A DNA stretch of 64,000 nt from an uncultured Candidatus Rokubacteria bacterium. GTDB taxonomy: Bacteria; Methylomirabilota; Methylomirabilia; Rokubacteriales; CSP1-6. Positions 31,422 to 41,563 of the stretch are shown here, in pieces. Positions within the stretch are counted from its first letter, which is position 1. Each line of letters opens with the position of its first letter. The stretch spans positions 6,830 through 70,829 of the forward strand of contig CAWJDX010000005.1 in assembly GCA_963841755.1 (NCBI GenBank). Direction: 5' to 3'. A program made the translations under genes and the position numbers. Below the pieces are notes generated by a model. It was not told where the DNA came from. It saw only the letters and a program-made list of their open reading frames with translations, and ran no database searches.

Positions 31422-31733
31422 ATGGCGACCAACGATCGCGTGCTCCTGACCGTGCTGCTCCACCACGACCAGTCCAAGCCCCTCGACGAGATCATGGCGC
31501 ACCTCAAGAAGACCGGGTTCTACCGCGACTTTCCGCCCGAGGGGAGCGAGCTGGTCTCCTGGGTGGTGGCGATGTCGTTCGGCTTCATCATCCAGCTCCG
31601 CGTCGAGCCGGACAAGGTGCGCGCGCTGAATCGCTACATGGAGCAGAAGGCGTGGGGCGCCTTCCGCTACCAGGTGTTCCCCGCGTACGATTTCGCGCCG
31701 ATCGCGGCCAATCTGAAGACGGAGCACGCGTAG
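31422..31733 (+). CDS. small hypothetical protein (103 aa)
   Basis: Intact ORF with coding-like GC3. No motif was recognised. Confidence 0.5.
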   Translation: MATNDRVLLTVLLHHDQSKPLDEIMAHLKKTGFYRDFPPEGSELVSWVVAMSFGFIIQLRVEPDKVRALNRYMEQKAWGAFRYQVFPAYDFAPIAANLKTEHA

Positions 31734-31740
31734 CCGGTTC

Positions 31741-32744
31741 ATGGCCGCACCGCCCGCCCGGCTCGAGCTGGCCCTCGCGCCCGACTCCGATTCTCAAGCT
31801 CGATCGACTCTCCCGCCGCCTCGGGGTGGAGCTTCACGTCAAGCGCGACGACCTGACCGGCCTCCTCGAGTCCGGCAACAAGGTCCGCAAGCTCGAGTTC
31901 CTGGTGGGGGAGGCGCTGCAGCAGGGCGCCGACACCCTGGTCACGTGCGGCGCGCTCCAGTCCAACGGCTGCCGCGCGGTCGCCGCGGTGGCGGCGCGGC
32001 TCGGGCTGCGCGCGGTGCTCCTGGTGCGGGGCGAGCCGCCCGTCGGCCTACGACGGCAACCTCCTGCTCGGCCGTCTCCTCGGCGCGGAGGTGCGCTACT
32101 GCGCCGAGGCCGACTTCGCGCGGGCGGGGGAGATCATGGAGACGATGGCGACCGAGATCCGGGCGCGCGGCGGACGACCGTACCTCATCCCGGAGAGCGG
32201 CGCCAACGAGGTGGGCGCGCTCGGCTACCTCGAGTGCGCGGTCGAGCTGAGCGAGCAGATCAACCACGGGGCGCCGCGCTTCGACGCGGTGGTCATCAGC
32301 GCGTTCACCGGCGGCAGCCAGGCGGGCCTCCTGCTCGGCAAGCGGCTGGCCGGGCTGCCCGGGGAGATCGTGGGCGTGCCGATCGCGCGCCCGGCCGAGC
32401 GGGTGCGGGAGCACGTCGTGCACACGATGGCGCGCGGCGATCCGGCGGTACGGGTTCTCCATCGACGTGCCCGAAGACGATTCACCTGCTGGACGGCGAT
32501 CCGCGGCGGCGACGGCCAGGACGCGACCGACGCGGATCTGGCCGTGCTCGTGGAGCTGGCGCGGGAGGAGGGCGTGCTGCTCGATCCGGTCTACACCGCG
32601 CGCGGATTCCGGGGGCTGGTGGAGACGCTCTCGCGCGACCCGAAGGCGCTGGGCCAGCGCGTCTGCTTCATTCACACCGGAGGGCTCTTCAGCCTGTTTC
32701 CGTACCGCGAGCGGCTGAGCCGGCTGATCGACGGCGGGGACTAG
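31741..32744 (+). pseudogene. PLP-dependent D-cysteine desulfhydrase/ACC deaminase family protein, about 5 frameshifts as sequenced (near 31783, 32047, 32430, 32479, 32501)
   Basis: The reconstructed reading is [14 protein letters not shown]|[26 protein letters not shown]...[10 protein letters not shown]...|[17 protein letters not shown]...|[16 protein letters not shown]|IHLLDGD|[13 protein letters not shown]...LDPVYTARG. Each junction is a +1 shift. Confidence 0.75.
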
Positions 32745-33505
32745 AGCGTGTAGGTCTTCCCCTGCTCGAGGATGTGGATGCGGCTGGGGTCGATCTTGGC
32801 CAGCTCCTCCGCGGTCTCCTGATAGAGCTGCGGCTTGATGTGGTAGACCCAGATCGGCAGGTCGGCCGGCATCTTCGCGATCTCCTGGCCCAGCATCTCG
32901 GGCGTCAGGTGACCGGAGGCCTTGGCGAGGGCGGCGAGCCGGTTGGGGAAGGCGGTCTCGACGATCAGGGCCTTGAGCCCGCGCATCTCGCGGGCGATCT
33001 GCCAGATCCGCTTGGTCGGACCGGTGTCGCCGCTGAACACGAAGCCGGTCTCGCCGTCGTGGATCACGAAGCCGGTGGTGGGAACCGTGTGCTCGACCAG
33101 CACCGGGGTCACCCACAGCTCGCCCACCCGCGACTCCGCCTCCTCCGGGAGGGTCCGGAAGCCCAGCACCGACTGGGCCGCGGAGGGGATGTTCGTGAAG
33201 TTCGGCCAGAGCGCGTCGTTGAAGGCGTGGGTCCGGAGCGCCTCGATGACCGGCGCGATGCTGCAGGCGGTCACCCGGCGGTCCGCCGCCACCATCGCGA
33301 GGGTGTCGGTGAGAAAGGCCAGGCCCGCGGTGTGGTCGAGGTGGGCGTGGCTGATCAGGGCGAACTGGATCTCGATCTGCTCGGCCACCGAGAGGGCGCC
33401 GCCCACGGTGCCGGCGTCCACCAGGACCCGGTCGTCGACGAGGAACGCCGAGGGCCTCTGCCCCACGCCTTCGCTCCCGAACGACCCGAGGACCTTAATC
33501 TTCAC
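32741..33505 (-). CDS. metallo-beta-lactamase-fold hydrolase, class-II 3',5'-cyclic-nucleotide phosphodiesterase-like
   Basis: 254-aa ORF with [13 protein letters not shown]...FLVDD...[11 protein letters not shown] and C-terminal IWVYHIKP, as in the CpdP-type family. Confidence 0.65.
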   Translation of the reverse strand: MKIKVLGSFGSEGVGQRPSAFLVDDRVLVDAGTVGGALSVAEQIEIQFALISHAHLDHTAGLAFLTDTLAMVAADRRVTACSIAPVIEALRTHAFNDALWPNFTNIPSAAQSVLGFRTLPEEAESRVGELWVTPVLVEHTVPTTGFVIHDGETGFVFSGDTGPTKRIWQIAREMRGLKALIVETAFPNRLAALAKASGHLTPEMLGQEIAKMPADLPIWVYHIKPQLYQETAEELAKIDPSRIHILEQGKTYTL

Positions 33506-33663
33506 CGAAGCCCCTCATGAGACCACAGTTCCCCTTGTGCGGCCATTGGGCGATTTCGCGGATTCTAGTCTAGCAGCGAGAGGGGGGTCAAGCCGAGGGA
33601 ATTGGATGCCTCCGGCGACCCAACTGCGCGTCCCAGTGGAAAGATTCCGATACACGGCCGGCC

Positions 33664-34252
33664 TCATTCGCAGGAAGCCTGAGCCTTGAACCGCGTCGCG
33701 AACTCCTGGAGCTCCCGGCAGGGGTCGCTCTTGCCCGGCGTGGCCGGGACCTCCCCCCGCTGGGCGGCCAGGACGCACGCTCTTCAGATAGGCGTACTGC
33801 AGGCGGATCGCGTCCGAGTACTCGAGGCCCCAGCCGGTCATGAGCAGCTCGACGCTCGCGATGCGGGCCTCGATCTCGCACTCGAGGCGCCGCTCCCGGC
33901 AGGCGTTGTCCGCGTGGCCCAGGACGTAGTGGGCCAGCTCCTGGCTCAGCACCGCCTGGGCGATGTAGTCGTCGGCCACCGCCGCGCGGTTGACCACGAT
34001 GCGCCGCCCCTGGTCGGTGTAGTACCCGGCCGGGCGGCCCGCGCCGGCGAGCGACGGGTCGGTCCCGACGCGCACGGCCGGGGCGGGCCCCTTCATCCCA
34101 CGGGACTGAAGCATCTGCTCGGCCGCCCGCTCGTACGCGTCGATCCGGGCCTGCTCGGGCTCGGTGTAGGCCCCGGACCCCGTCGCGCACCCCGCGAGCC
34201 CGAGCGCGGCGGCCAGGCCGGCCCCCAGACGTCTCCGTCCCTTGCGCCCCAT
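33664..34252 (-). pseudogene. lipoprotein with degenerate metalloprotease-like motif (QELAHYVLGH), frameshifted as sequenced (near 33776)
   Basis: Lipobox LGLAGC. After ...RLQYAYLKSV the reading VLAAQRGEVPATPGKSDPCRELQEFATRFKAQASCE-stop (TGA complement at 33664-33666) is one base out of frame. Confidence 0.55.
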
Positions 34253-34347
34253 GGTCCCTCAAGCATGGCATGCCTCCGAGGGTTAAATGATCGGTCCGAT
34301 CTCGGGGCGACTTGACGCGGCCCGGTTGTGGCGTGAGCGTTAGGGCA

Positions 34348-34979
34348 ATGGCTTTCTCGCGGGGTTTCCGGACGGTGACGCTGGCGCTGCTCGTCGGAGG
34401 ACTCGCCGGCTGCGCCGCCGAGCCCCGCCAGCCCGCCTCCCCCGCGCAGCGATTCACGCTGCTCGAGCACGTGCAGGTCGCCGGGGCCTGCGTCCTGGAG
34501 AACGGAGGCGTGTCGGCTCGCTATGCCGGATTCGTCGAGCGGTGGCGCGACGTGAAGAAGGGCCGCGACCTCCTGCACGGCTCGGTGTCCACCGTCGATC
34601 GCTTCGTCGACCCGGGCCGGAGCGGGACACCGGCCGCCCCTGTCCATCCAGTTCGGCGAGATCGACGTGGCACCCTTGAGCGCCGGGCAGCTCGTGCTCA
34701 CGGGCACCTCGGAAGGCTCGCAGCCGAGCCGGGCGACCTGCACGCTGGACGTCACCAACCGCGAGCAGCCCGCGCGCCAGGAGGGCCGATTGCTGGCGAG
34801 CCTGCTCGGGCGCGAGCCGCTCTCGTTACCCCCGCGCAGCGTGCTGAGCGCGCGCCGCGCTCCTCATCGGACTGGTGGCGGGCGTCCGGCTGATCCGTCA
34901 CCAGGTGCGCCGGACGAGCGCCTCCTGGCTCCTGGGGCTGGCTCTCCTGCTCCAGCTCGTCTCGCTGCTGCTCGGGTAG
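34348..34979 (+). pseudogene. hypothetical lipoprotein with C-terminal TM segment, two frameshifts as sequenced (near 34639 and 34853)
   Basis: MAFSRGFRTVTLALLVGGLAGCAAEP has a lipobox. The reading then continues LSIQFGEIDVAPLSAGQLVLTG... (frame +1) and AALLIGLVAGVRLIRHQ...LLLQLVSLLLG-stop at 34977-34979 (frame +2). Confidence 0.45.
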
Positions 34980-34991
34980 CGCCCCGGAGCG

Positions 34992-35843
34992 CTATCGAAC
35001 CCCGGCCAGGAGCTCGCCCTCGAAGGCCAGGACCTGGTCCACCACCTCGTCCGGCGTCTGCAGGACTCCGTAGAGCCCCGCGTAGACGATGGACGGATCG
35101 TGGCCACGCCCCGCCACCGCGCGCAGCTCGTCGTCGAGGCGCCGACAGGCCTCGCGGTAGCGCCCCGAGGGCTCGTCGTCGAGCAGGGCCTCGTCGAGGG
35201 CGGCCGCGTAGAGCCGCTCCGAGCGGGCCAGGTGGTGGAGCACGCGGCGGAGCGGCCAGCCGCCGTCGGGAGGGAGCCAGTCGAGCTCGGCCTCACTGAG
35301 CCCGGCCGCCCGCTGCGCGACGAGCCGGACCGCCTGGTCGACCCGCCAGAGCCACGCGTCGAGATCGGCCGCGGTCAGCGGCAGCCGATCGTCCGCCAGG
35401 GTCACCGTCGACGGCACCCAGCCATCGGTCGGGGTCGGGACGGTGCCGTGCCGCTGCCACGCGATCCACTGGTCGATCTGGTTGAGGTGATCCAGCGCGT
35501 GGTCGAGCACCCGCCGGAGGGCCTTGCGCGGGGTGTAGGTATAGCGGCCGACCCCGGCCGGGGCGGTGAGCGGAGCCGGATGGGCGTCGGTGAGCCGCGA
35601 GAACAGCTCGTCGGTCATGACCGCCGGGATCTCGCGGCCCGGATCGTGGACGGTGAGCCGGGCGAGGTGACGGCGCGCCTGCGCGTGGGCCGCCTCGACG
35701 TGGCGGGCCGGGTCGCGCGGCGCGGGCGCCAGGGTCCAGGCCGCGACCGCCCGCACCGCGGTGGCGTGCGCGAGGACGATGCCGCCGTCGGCGCCCGTCT
35801 TCAGCACGCGGTCTCTCGATGCGTCGAGGGCGGGCGCGCTCAT
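34992..35843 (-). CDS. DinB-like (four-helix-bundle metal-binding) family protein
   Basis: It starts at MSAPALDAS (CAT 35841-35843) within ORF 34992..36278. His-containing helices LDHALDHLNQI and VLHHLARSE resemble DinB_2-type proteins. Confidence 0.5.
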   Translation of the reverse strand: MSAPALDASRDRVLKTGADGGIVLAHATAVRAVAAWTLAPAPRDPARHVEAAHAQARRHLARLTVHDPGREIPAVMTDELFSRLTDAHPAPLTAPAGVGRYTYTPRKALRRVLDHALDHLNQIDQWIAWQRHGTVPTPTDGWVPSTVTLADDRLPLTAADLDAWLWRVDQAVRLVAQRAAGLSEAELDWLPPDGGWPLRRVLHHLARSERLYAAALDEALLDDEPSGRYREACRRLDDELRAVAGRGHDPSIVYAGLYGVLQTPDEVVDQVLAFEGELLAGVR

Positions 35844-36202
35844 CGGGCAGCCGTCACCATGATCTCGACGAGCAGGCCCGGGCTGGTCAGCTCGGCCTGG
35901 ACGCAGGCGCGCACCGGCGGGTGCTCGCGATCCACCCACTCGTTCCAGGCGAGGTTGTGGGTCCGGAAGAGCGCCATGTCGGAGAGCCACACCTGCGCGG
36001 TCAGCAGGCGCGACTTGTCGGTCCCGGCCCGGGCCAGGAGGTCGTCGATCCGCTCCAGGGCCTGGCGGGTCTGGGCGGTGACGTCGCCGACCGGATCGCC
36101 GGTGATCCCGCAGACGTACACCCGGTCGCCCTGCGCGACGACGCGGCTGATGATCGGCTTGAAGTTCTCGCTGTCCATGATGAGGTGGCGCTCGATGTCC
36201 AT
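35840..36202 (-). CDS. RidA/YjgF family reactive-intermediate deaminase
   Basis: MDIERHLIMDSENFKPI...VYVCGITG...TAQVWLSDM...PVRACVQAEL. An AAGGAG RBS precedes the start at 36202, and the stop overlaps the next gene (ATGA). Confidence 0.75.
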   Translation of the reverse strand: MDIERHLIMDSENFKPIISRVVAQGDRVYVCGITGDPVGDVTAQTRQALERIDDLLARAGTDKSRLLTAQVWLSDMALFRTHNLAWNEWVDREHPPVRACVQAELTSPGLLVEIMVTAAR

Positions 36203-36260
36203 GACGGTATCTCCTTTCGCACGACAGCATGCCGCGCCGGCTACCATCCGTCGAATGCAT

Positions 36261-36285
36261 ATAGCTGACTCCGGCCATCAGCTAT
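36261..36285. promoter_or_regulatory. LysR-type operator candidate: perfect inverted repeat ATAGCTGA-N9-TCAGCTAT
   Basis: Located in the 84-bp divergent region between the RidA operon (start 36202, minus strand) and the LysR gene (36287/36296, plus strand). It fits the T-N11-A-type dyad architecture. Confidence 0.5.
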
Positions 36286-36286
36286 A

Positions 36287-37225
36287 GTGATCGCGGTGAC
36301 CATCGACGAGATCGAGACCTTCGTCTCGATCGCCCGCCGCGGCGGCTTCGCCCGCGCCGCGGAGAGCCTGCACCGCTCCCAGCCCGCGATCAGCCGGCGC
36401 GTCGAGATGCTCGAGCAGCAGCTCGGCACCCCGCTCTTCGAGCGGGTGCGCGGCGGCGTGATCCTGACCGAGGCCGGCCGCACCCTGCTGCCCTACGCGG
36501 AGGCGGTGCTGGCCGGTCTGAAGGACGGTGCGGAGGCGGTGCGGGGCCTCGCGCGCGGCGAGCGGGGCGCGGTCTCGGTGGCGCTGGTGGGGACGCTCGC
36601 CAGCACCCGCTTCGCGGGCATGCTGCGCCAGTTCGGCCAGCGTCATCCGTCCGTGAAGCTCGAGCTGCGGACCGCGAACAGCGAGGAGGTCAGCGACCTG
36701 GTGCGGCGCGGCGAGGCCACCCTGGGGCTCCGGTACTTCACCGACACGGATCCGGGGCTCGTCTCGGAGCAGGTCACCGAGGAGGCCCTCGTGCTCGTCT
36801 GCTCGCCGGATCACCGCCTCGCCGGCCGCCGGGTGCGCGACCCCGGCGCCCTCGCGGGCGAGCGCTGGGTGGCCTTTCCTCCCCGGCGCCGGCGGCGCGA
36901 GCCCTTCGCCACCGCGCTCGAGCAGCGGCTCGCCGCGGCCGGCATCGAGGCGGCGGAGATCGTCCGCATCGACAGCCTCACCGCGCAGAAGCGACTGGTC
37001 GAGGCGGGGTTCGGGATCGCGCTCCTCATCGAGAGCAGCGTGCAGGAGGAGCTGCGCCTGGGCTCGCTCGAGATCATCGACGCGCCCGCGCTGCGGGGCG
37101 GCGTGCCGGTGACCCTGGTGCGACGCCGCAACGGGTACCTGAGCGGGGCCGCGCAGAGCCTCGTGGCGGTGATCAAGGCGGGCGCGACGACGCGCGCCCG
37201 CCGCCGACGGGCGGCCGGCCGGTGA
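36287..37225 (+). CDS. LysR family transcriptional regulator
   Basis: The N-terminal wHTH is IETFVSIARRGGFARAAESLHRSQPAISRRVEMLEQQLG. The alternative start is GTG 36296. Confidence 0.9.
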   Translation: MIAVTIDEIETFVSIARRGGFARAAESLHRSQPAISRRVEMLEQQLGTPLFERVRGGVILTEAGRTLLPYAEAVLAGLKDGAEAVRGLARGERGAVSVALVGTLASTRFAGMLRQFGQRHPSVKLELRTANSEEVSDLVRRGEATLGLRYFTDTDPGLVSEQVTEEALVLVCSPDHRLAGRRVRDPGALAGERWVAFPPRRRRREPFATALEQRLAAAGIEAAEIVRIDSLTAQKRLVEAGFGIALLIESSVQEELRLGSLEIIDAPALRGGVPVTLVRRRNGYLSGAAQSLVAVIKAGATTRARRRRAAGR

Positions 37226-37267
37226 CCGAGATGGCGAACGATCGCACCGGTATGGCATACTTCACGC

Positions 37268-38650
37268 GTGATCTTCCAGCAGCTGCTGAACGAGGAGGCT
37301 GGCTGTCTCTCCTACCTGATCGGCTGCTCGCAGGCCGGCCAGGGCATCATCGTCGATCCGGCGCGGGACCGGGTGGACGACTACGTGGCCCTGGCCCGAC
37401 GCAAGGGGCTCACCGTCACCGGCATCGTCGAGACGCACGTCCACGCCGACCACATCTCGGGTAACCAGGCCCTGGCCGCCAAGACCGGCGCGCGCATCCA
37501 CATCCACCCGGCCGCCAACGCGGCCTTCGCCCACGAGCCGGTCGAGCACGGCCGGCAGCTGCGGGTGGGAAGCGTGGCCCTCGATGTCGTCCACACGCCC
37601 GGCCACACCCCGGAGAGCATCTCGCTGCTGATCACCGATCTGAGCCGGGGCAACGAGCCGTGGTTCGTGCTGACCGGGGACACGCTCTTCGTGGGCGACG
37701 TCGGCCGGCCGGACTTCGGCGGCGAGCAGGCCGCGGCCCGGCTCTACGCGAGCCTCACCGAGCGTCTGCTCCGCCTGCCCGACAGCGTGGAGGTCTATCC
37801 CGCGCACGGAGCCGGCTCGAGCTGCGGCCGGGCCATGTCGAGCAAGACCGCGACCACGATCGGCTTCGAGCGGCGCTTCAACACCGCTCTGCAGGCGAGC
37901 GGGGTCGACGAGTTCGTGCGCCACCTGATGACCGGCCTGCCGCCCAAGCCGCCGAACTTCGACCGCATCATCGCCCGCAACCGGGCCCAGGCCCTCGCCG
38001 CCGGCGGGCCGCCGCGCCCGCTGTCGGCCGCGCAGACCCGCGAGGCCATCGACAAGGGCGCCTTCGTGCTCGACGTGCGCACCCCCGAGGAGTACGGGCA
38101 GGGCCACATCCCCGGGGCGATCCACGTGTGGATCGAGAGCCCGCAGTTCGCGAACCGCGCCGGGCTGTTCATCCCCGCGGAGGCGCCGGTGGTCCTCGTG
38201 GTGTCGAGCCCCACCGACCTCGAGCGCGCGGTGCAGGGGCTCGGGCGGATCGGGCTCGACGCGATCGCGGGACAGCTGCAGTGGGGCATGACCGAGTGGA
38301 AGAGCCAGGGCTTGCCGATGGAGCAGGTGCCCCAGATCTCGGTGCACGACCTCGCCACCATGAAGGACGAGCGGCCCGACCTGGTGGTGATCGACGTGCG
38401 CGAGCCCTTCGAGTGGGACGAGGGCCACATCGAGGGCGCGCTCCACGTGCCGATGAGCGAGGCCCTCGCCCGGAAGGACCTGGTGCCGGCCGGTCGCCCG
38501 AAGGCGGTGCTCTGCGCGGGCGGGCTGCGCTCCAGCACGGTGATCAGCGCGCTCAGCCGCGCCGGCCTCACGAACTGGTACAACGTCATCGGCGGGATGA
38601 CCGCCTGGCAGAAGGGGGGCTACAGCACGGTGAAGCGGGCCGCTCCATGA
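37268..38650 (+). CDS. metallo-beta-lactamase (ETHE1/persulfide-dioxygenase-like) fused to two rhodanese domains
   Basis: THVHADHISG, TPGHTPESI and DTLFVGDVGRPDF. Two rhodanese modules follow, the second with active-site loop CAGGLRS. Confidence 0.8.
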   Translation: MIFQQLLNEEAGCLSYLIGCSQAGQGIIVDPARDRVDDYVALARRKGLTVTGIVETHVHADHISGNQALAAKTGARIHIHPAANAAFAHEPVEHGRQLRVGSVALDVVHTPGHTPESISLLITDLSRGNEPWFVLTGDTLFVGDVGRPDFGGEQAAARLYASLTERLLRLPDSVEVYPAHGAGSSCGRAMSSKTATTIGFERRFNTALQASGVDEFVRHLMTGLPPKPPNFDRIIARNRAQALAAGGPPRPLSAAQTREAIDKGAFVLDVRTPEEYGQGHIPGAIHVWIESPQFANRAGLFIPAEAPVVLVVSSPTDLERAVQGLGRIGLDAIAGQLQWGMTEWKSQGLPMEQVPQISVHDLATMKDERPDLVVIDVREPFEWDEGHIEGALHVPMSEALARKDLVPAGRPKAVLCAGGLRSSTVISALSRAGLTNWYNVIGGMTAWQKGGYSTVKRAAP

Positions 38651-39315
38651 GTGACGCGAACGGCTTCGACTATCCCGTGATGGCCCGGGCCCTGATCCTG
38701 GGCGACAAGGACACGGTGGCCCGCAAGACCCAGGAAGGCCTGGCCCTGGCGATGGATCCGAAGGATCTCATCTTCCGCGGGCTCATCCCGGGCATGGACG
38801 TGGTGGGCGAGAAGTTCCGCCGCAACGAGTACTACGTGCCGCAGGTCCTCCTGTCCGCGCGGGCCATGTACGCGGGCCTCGACCTGCTCAAGCCGCTCAT
38901 CACCCAGGCGGGAGGGGCCGGGCAGAACCTGGGGGTGATGGTCATCGGCACCGCCCAGGGTGACCTGCACGACATCGGCAAGAACCTGGTCGCGATGATG
39001 CTGGAGGGCGCGGGCTTCAAGGTGATCAACCTCGGACGGGACGTGGCGCCGGAGAAGTTCGTGGCCGCGGTGAAGGAGCACGACGCCCAGATCGTGGGGA
39101 TCTCGGCGCTCATGACCACCACCATGCCGGCCATGAAGCGCACCATCGACGCGCTCGAGAAGGCGGGGCTGCGGGCCCAGGTCAAGGTCATGATCGGGGG
39201 CGCGCCGGTGAACCAGGCCTACGCGGACGAGATCGGCGCGGACGGCTACGCCAAGGATTCGACGATCGCGGTGGTGCGCGCCAAGGAGCTGCTGGGCGTG
39301 CCGGTGAACGCGTGA
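38647..39315 (+). CDS. cobalamin-binding corrinoid protein (B12 cap plus Rossmann domain)
   Basis: ATG 38647 overlaps the preceding stop. The DxHxxG motif is GDLHDIGKNLV, with ...SALMTTTM... and GGAPV. Confidence 0.85.
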   Translation: MSDANGFDYPVMARALILGDKDTVARKTQEGLALAMDPKDLIFRGLIPGMDVVGEKFRRNEYYVPQVLLSARAMYAGLDLLKPLITQAGGAGQNLGVMVIGTAQGDLHDIGKNLVAMMLEGAGFKVINLGRDVAPEKFVAAVKEHDAQIVGISALMTTTMPAMKRTIDALEKAGLRAQVKVMIGGAPVNQAYADEIGADGYAKDSTIAVVRAKELLGVPVNA

Positions 39316-40260
39316 TGGCGACGCGCGCGCGCGGCTGGGAGATCGTGGAGCGCGTCCGCGCGGGCGAGCGCCTGATCTTCGACGGCGGCTACGGCACCGC
39401 GCTGTTCGACGCGGGCCTCGAGAACGGCGACTGCCCGGAGCTGTGGAACGACACCCACCCCGACGTGGTGCGGGGCATCCACCGCGGCTACTTCGACGCG
39501 GGCTCCCAGCTGGTCGAGACCAACACCTTCGGGGGCACCGCGCTCAAGCTGCACGAGTACGACGAGCGGTACGGCCACGACATGGGGGCGCGCACCCGCG
39601 AGCTGAACGACAAGGGCGCGCGCCTGGCCCGGGCCGCCTGCCCGCCCGGCGGCTACGTGGCCGGCTCGATCGGGCCCACCAGCTACCTGCCGCTCGACTA
39701 CGGGGTCGGCAAGAACGTGGCCACCGACGAGGAGTACTTCGAGACATTCCGGGAACAAGCCCAGGCCCTTGCCGCGGGTGGGGTGGACTGCTTCGCGGTC
39801 GAGACCATGATGTTCCCGCTGGAGGCGGCCGCCGCGATCCGCGCCTGCAAGGCGGTGGCGGATCTGCCGGTGATGGCGACCATGTTCTTCCAGTACGAGG
39901 AGCTGCACGACCGCGACCGCACGATGTGGGGCGACAGCCCGGCCGACGTCGCGCGCCAGCTCCTCGACGCGGGGGCGGACATCGTGGGGATGAACTGCGG
40001 GCGCGGTCCCGACCGCGCCATCGTGATCATCCGCGAGATGCGCGCAGGTCACCGACGCGCCGCTCATCGCGTACCCGAACGCGGGCCTGCCGATCACCAC
40101 CGGCGGCCGGACCACCTACGAGCTCGGCCCGGAGGCGATGGCCAAGGACTACCCGGCGCTGCTCGACGCGGGGTGCAACATCGTGGGCGGCTGCTGCGGC
40201 TCGAATCCGGAGCACATCCGCCTCATCGCCGACGTGGTGCGCTCCCGCCGCGCGCGGTGA
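39315..40260 (+). pseudogene. stand-alone homocysteine/thiol S-methyltransferase domain protein (MetH Hcy-module-like), frameshifted as sequenced (near 40046)
   Basis: LIFDGGYGT...VETNTFG...GMNCG. After IIREMRA the reading VTDAPLIAYPNAGLP...VGGCCGSNPEHI is in frame +1, ending at TGA 40258-40260. The zinc Cys ligands (C, CC) are present. Confidence 0.8.
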
Positions 40261-41013
40261 CCGCGCCCGCGTTCTCCCTCCTCTCCCGCACCCCGGTCGT
40301 CCTCGAGGGACTGCCGCTCTCCATCGATCGCGACGAGGTCCTGCGCTTCCAGGGCTACCAGAAGGGCGTCGACCTGCCGAGCCCGGTGGTGGTGGCCATC
40401 TTCGAGGAGGCGCTCGCGCTCGGGGAGCGCCTGATGGCGCCGCGCCTGGTCTACCGCGCGGCCCCGGTGGACGAGCGCGGCGCGGACCTGATCGCGGCGG
40501 GCGGCGAGCGGCTCGCCATCCCCCAGATCGGCCGCCTGTGGGGGCCGATCGAGGCGGTCGGGGCCGGCATCTGCACGGTCGGCGAGGCCATCGAGACCCG
40601 CGTGCGCGCCCTCTTCGACGCGCGCGAGTTCCCCCTCGCGGTGATGCTCGACAGCGTGGGCTCGGCCGCGGCCGAGAGCCTCGCCGAGTACGCCAACGAC
40701 CTCCTCTGCCAGGCGGCCCTGCCGCAGGGGCTCAAGGTCACCAACCGGGTCAGCCCGGGCTACGCGGGCTGGGACACCGCCGAGCAGGCGCGGCTCTTCC
40801 GGATCTGCCCGGGCGATCCGATCGGGGTGCGAGCTCAACGAGGCGTGCTTCATGACCCCGGCCAAGTCCATCAGCTGGCTGGTCGGGCTCGGGCCGGAGG
40901 CGCGGGTGGACCACTACTTCACCCAGTGCCGGCGCTGCTGGATGCGCGACTGCGCCTACCGCCGGGCCCCCGCCGCCGTCACGGTGCAGCGGCCCGGCGC
41001 GGGGGTGTGGTGA
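40257..41013 (+). pseudogene. MetH activation (AdoMet-binding/reactivation) domain-like protein with C-terminal Cys cluster, frameshifted as sequenced (near 40830)
   Basis: GTG 40257 overlaps the preceding stop (GTGA). It reads ...NRVSPGYAGWDTAEQARLFRICPGDPIGV|ELNEACFMTPAKSISWLVGLG...CRRCWMRDCAY, ending at TGA 41011-41013. Confidence 0.65.
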
Positions 41014-41028
41014 TAGGCTGGAGGTCTC

Positions 41029-41560
41029 ATGGGCGACAACGTGGTGCTGGTGGGGTTCATGGGCGCGGGCAAATCCTCGGTGGGGCGGCTCCTCGCCCGC
41101 CGGATGGGCCGCTGCTTCGTCGAGACCGACGACATGATCACCGCGCGCGAGGGCCGCTCGATCCCCGAGATCTTCGCCGAGCGCGGCGAGGCGCACTTCC
41201 GCGCCCTCGAGGAGGAGACGGTGCGGCTGCTCGCGCTCAAGTCGGGTGACGTGATCGCCACCGGCGGCGGCCTCTACTGCCGCGACGGGCCGGCCCGAGG
41301 CCCTCCGCGCGATCGGCACCGTGGTGTGGCTCACCGGCAGCTTCGACGTGCTCTACGAGCGGGCGCGCCGCATGGGCGAGCGCCCGATGCTGGCGGGCCG
41401 GACCCGGGACGAGGTCGCCGACATCTATCACGCGCGCGAGGCCTACTACCGCCAGGCCGATCTCACCGTCGATACCACCGGCCGCAACACCGACCAGGTG
41501 GTCACCCAGGTCCTCCTCGCGCTCCGGCCGCATCTCTCCCGTGCCGGGGGGAGCCGGTAG
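41029..41560 (+). pseudogene. aroK: shikimate kinase, frameshifted as sequenced (near 41292)
   Basis: VVLVGFMGAGKSSVGRLLA...FVETDD...FRALEE...VIATGGG. It then continues PEALRAIGTVVWLTGSFDVLYERA... in frame +1 (ORF 41321..41560). Confidence 0.85.
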
Positions 41561-41563
41561 GCC

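Noticed and set aside
37250-37265. Sigma-54-like match TGGCAT-acttc-acGCg upstream of the MBL-rhodanese gene.
   Set aside because: The -12 GC lies only 4 nt before the GTG start (37268), so the transcript would begin inside the ORF. The -12 half is also poor.
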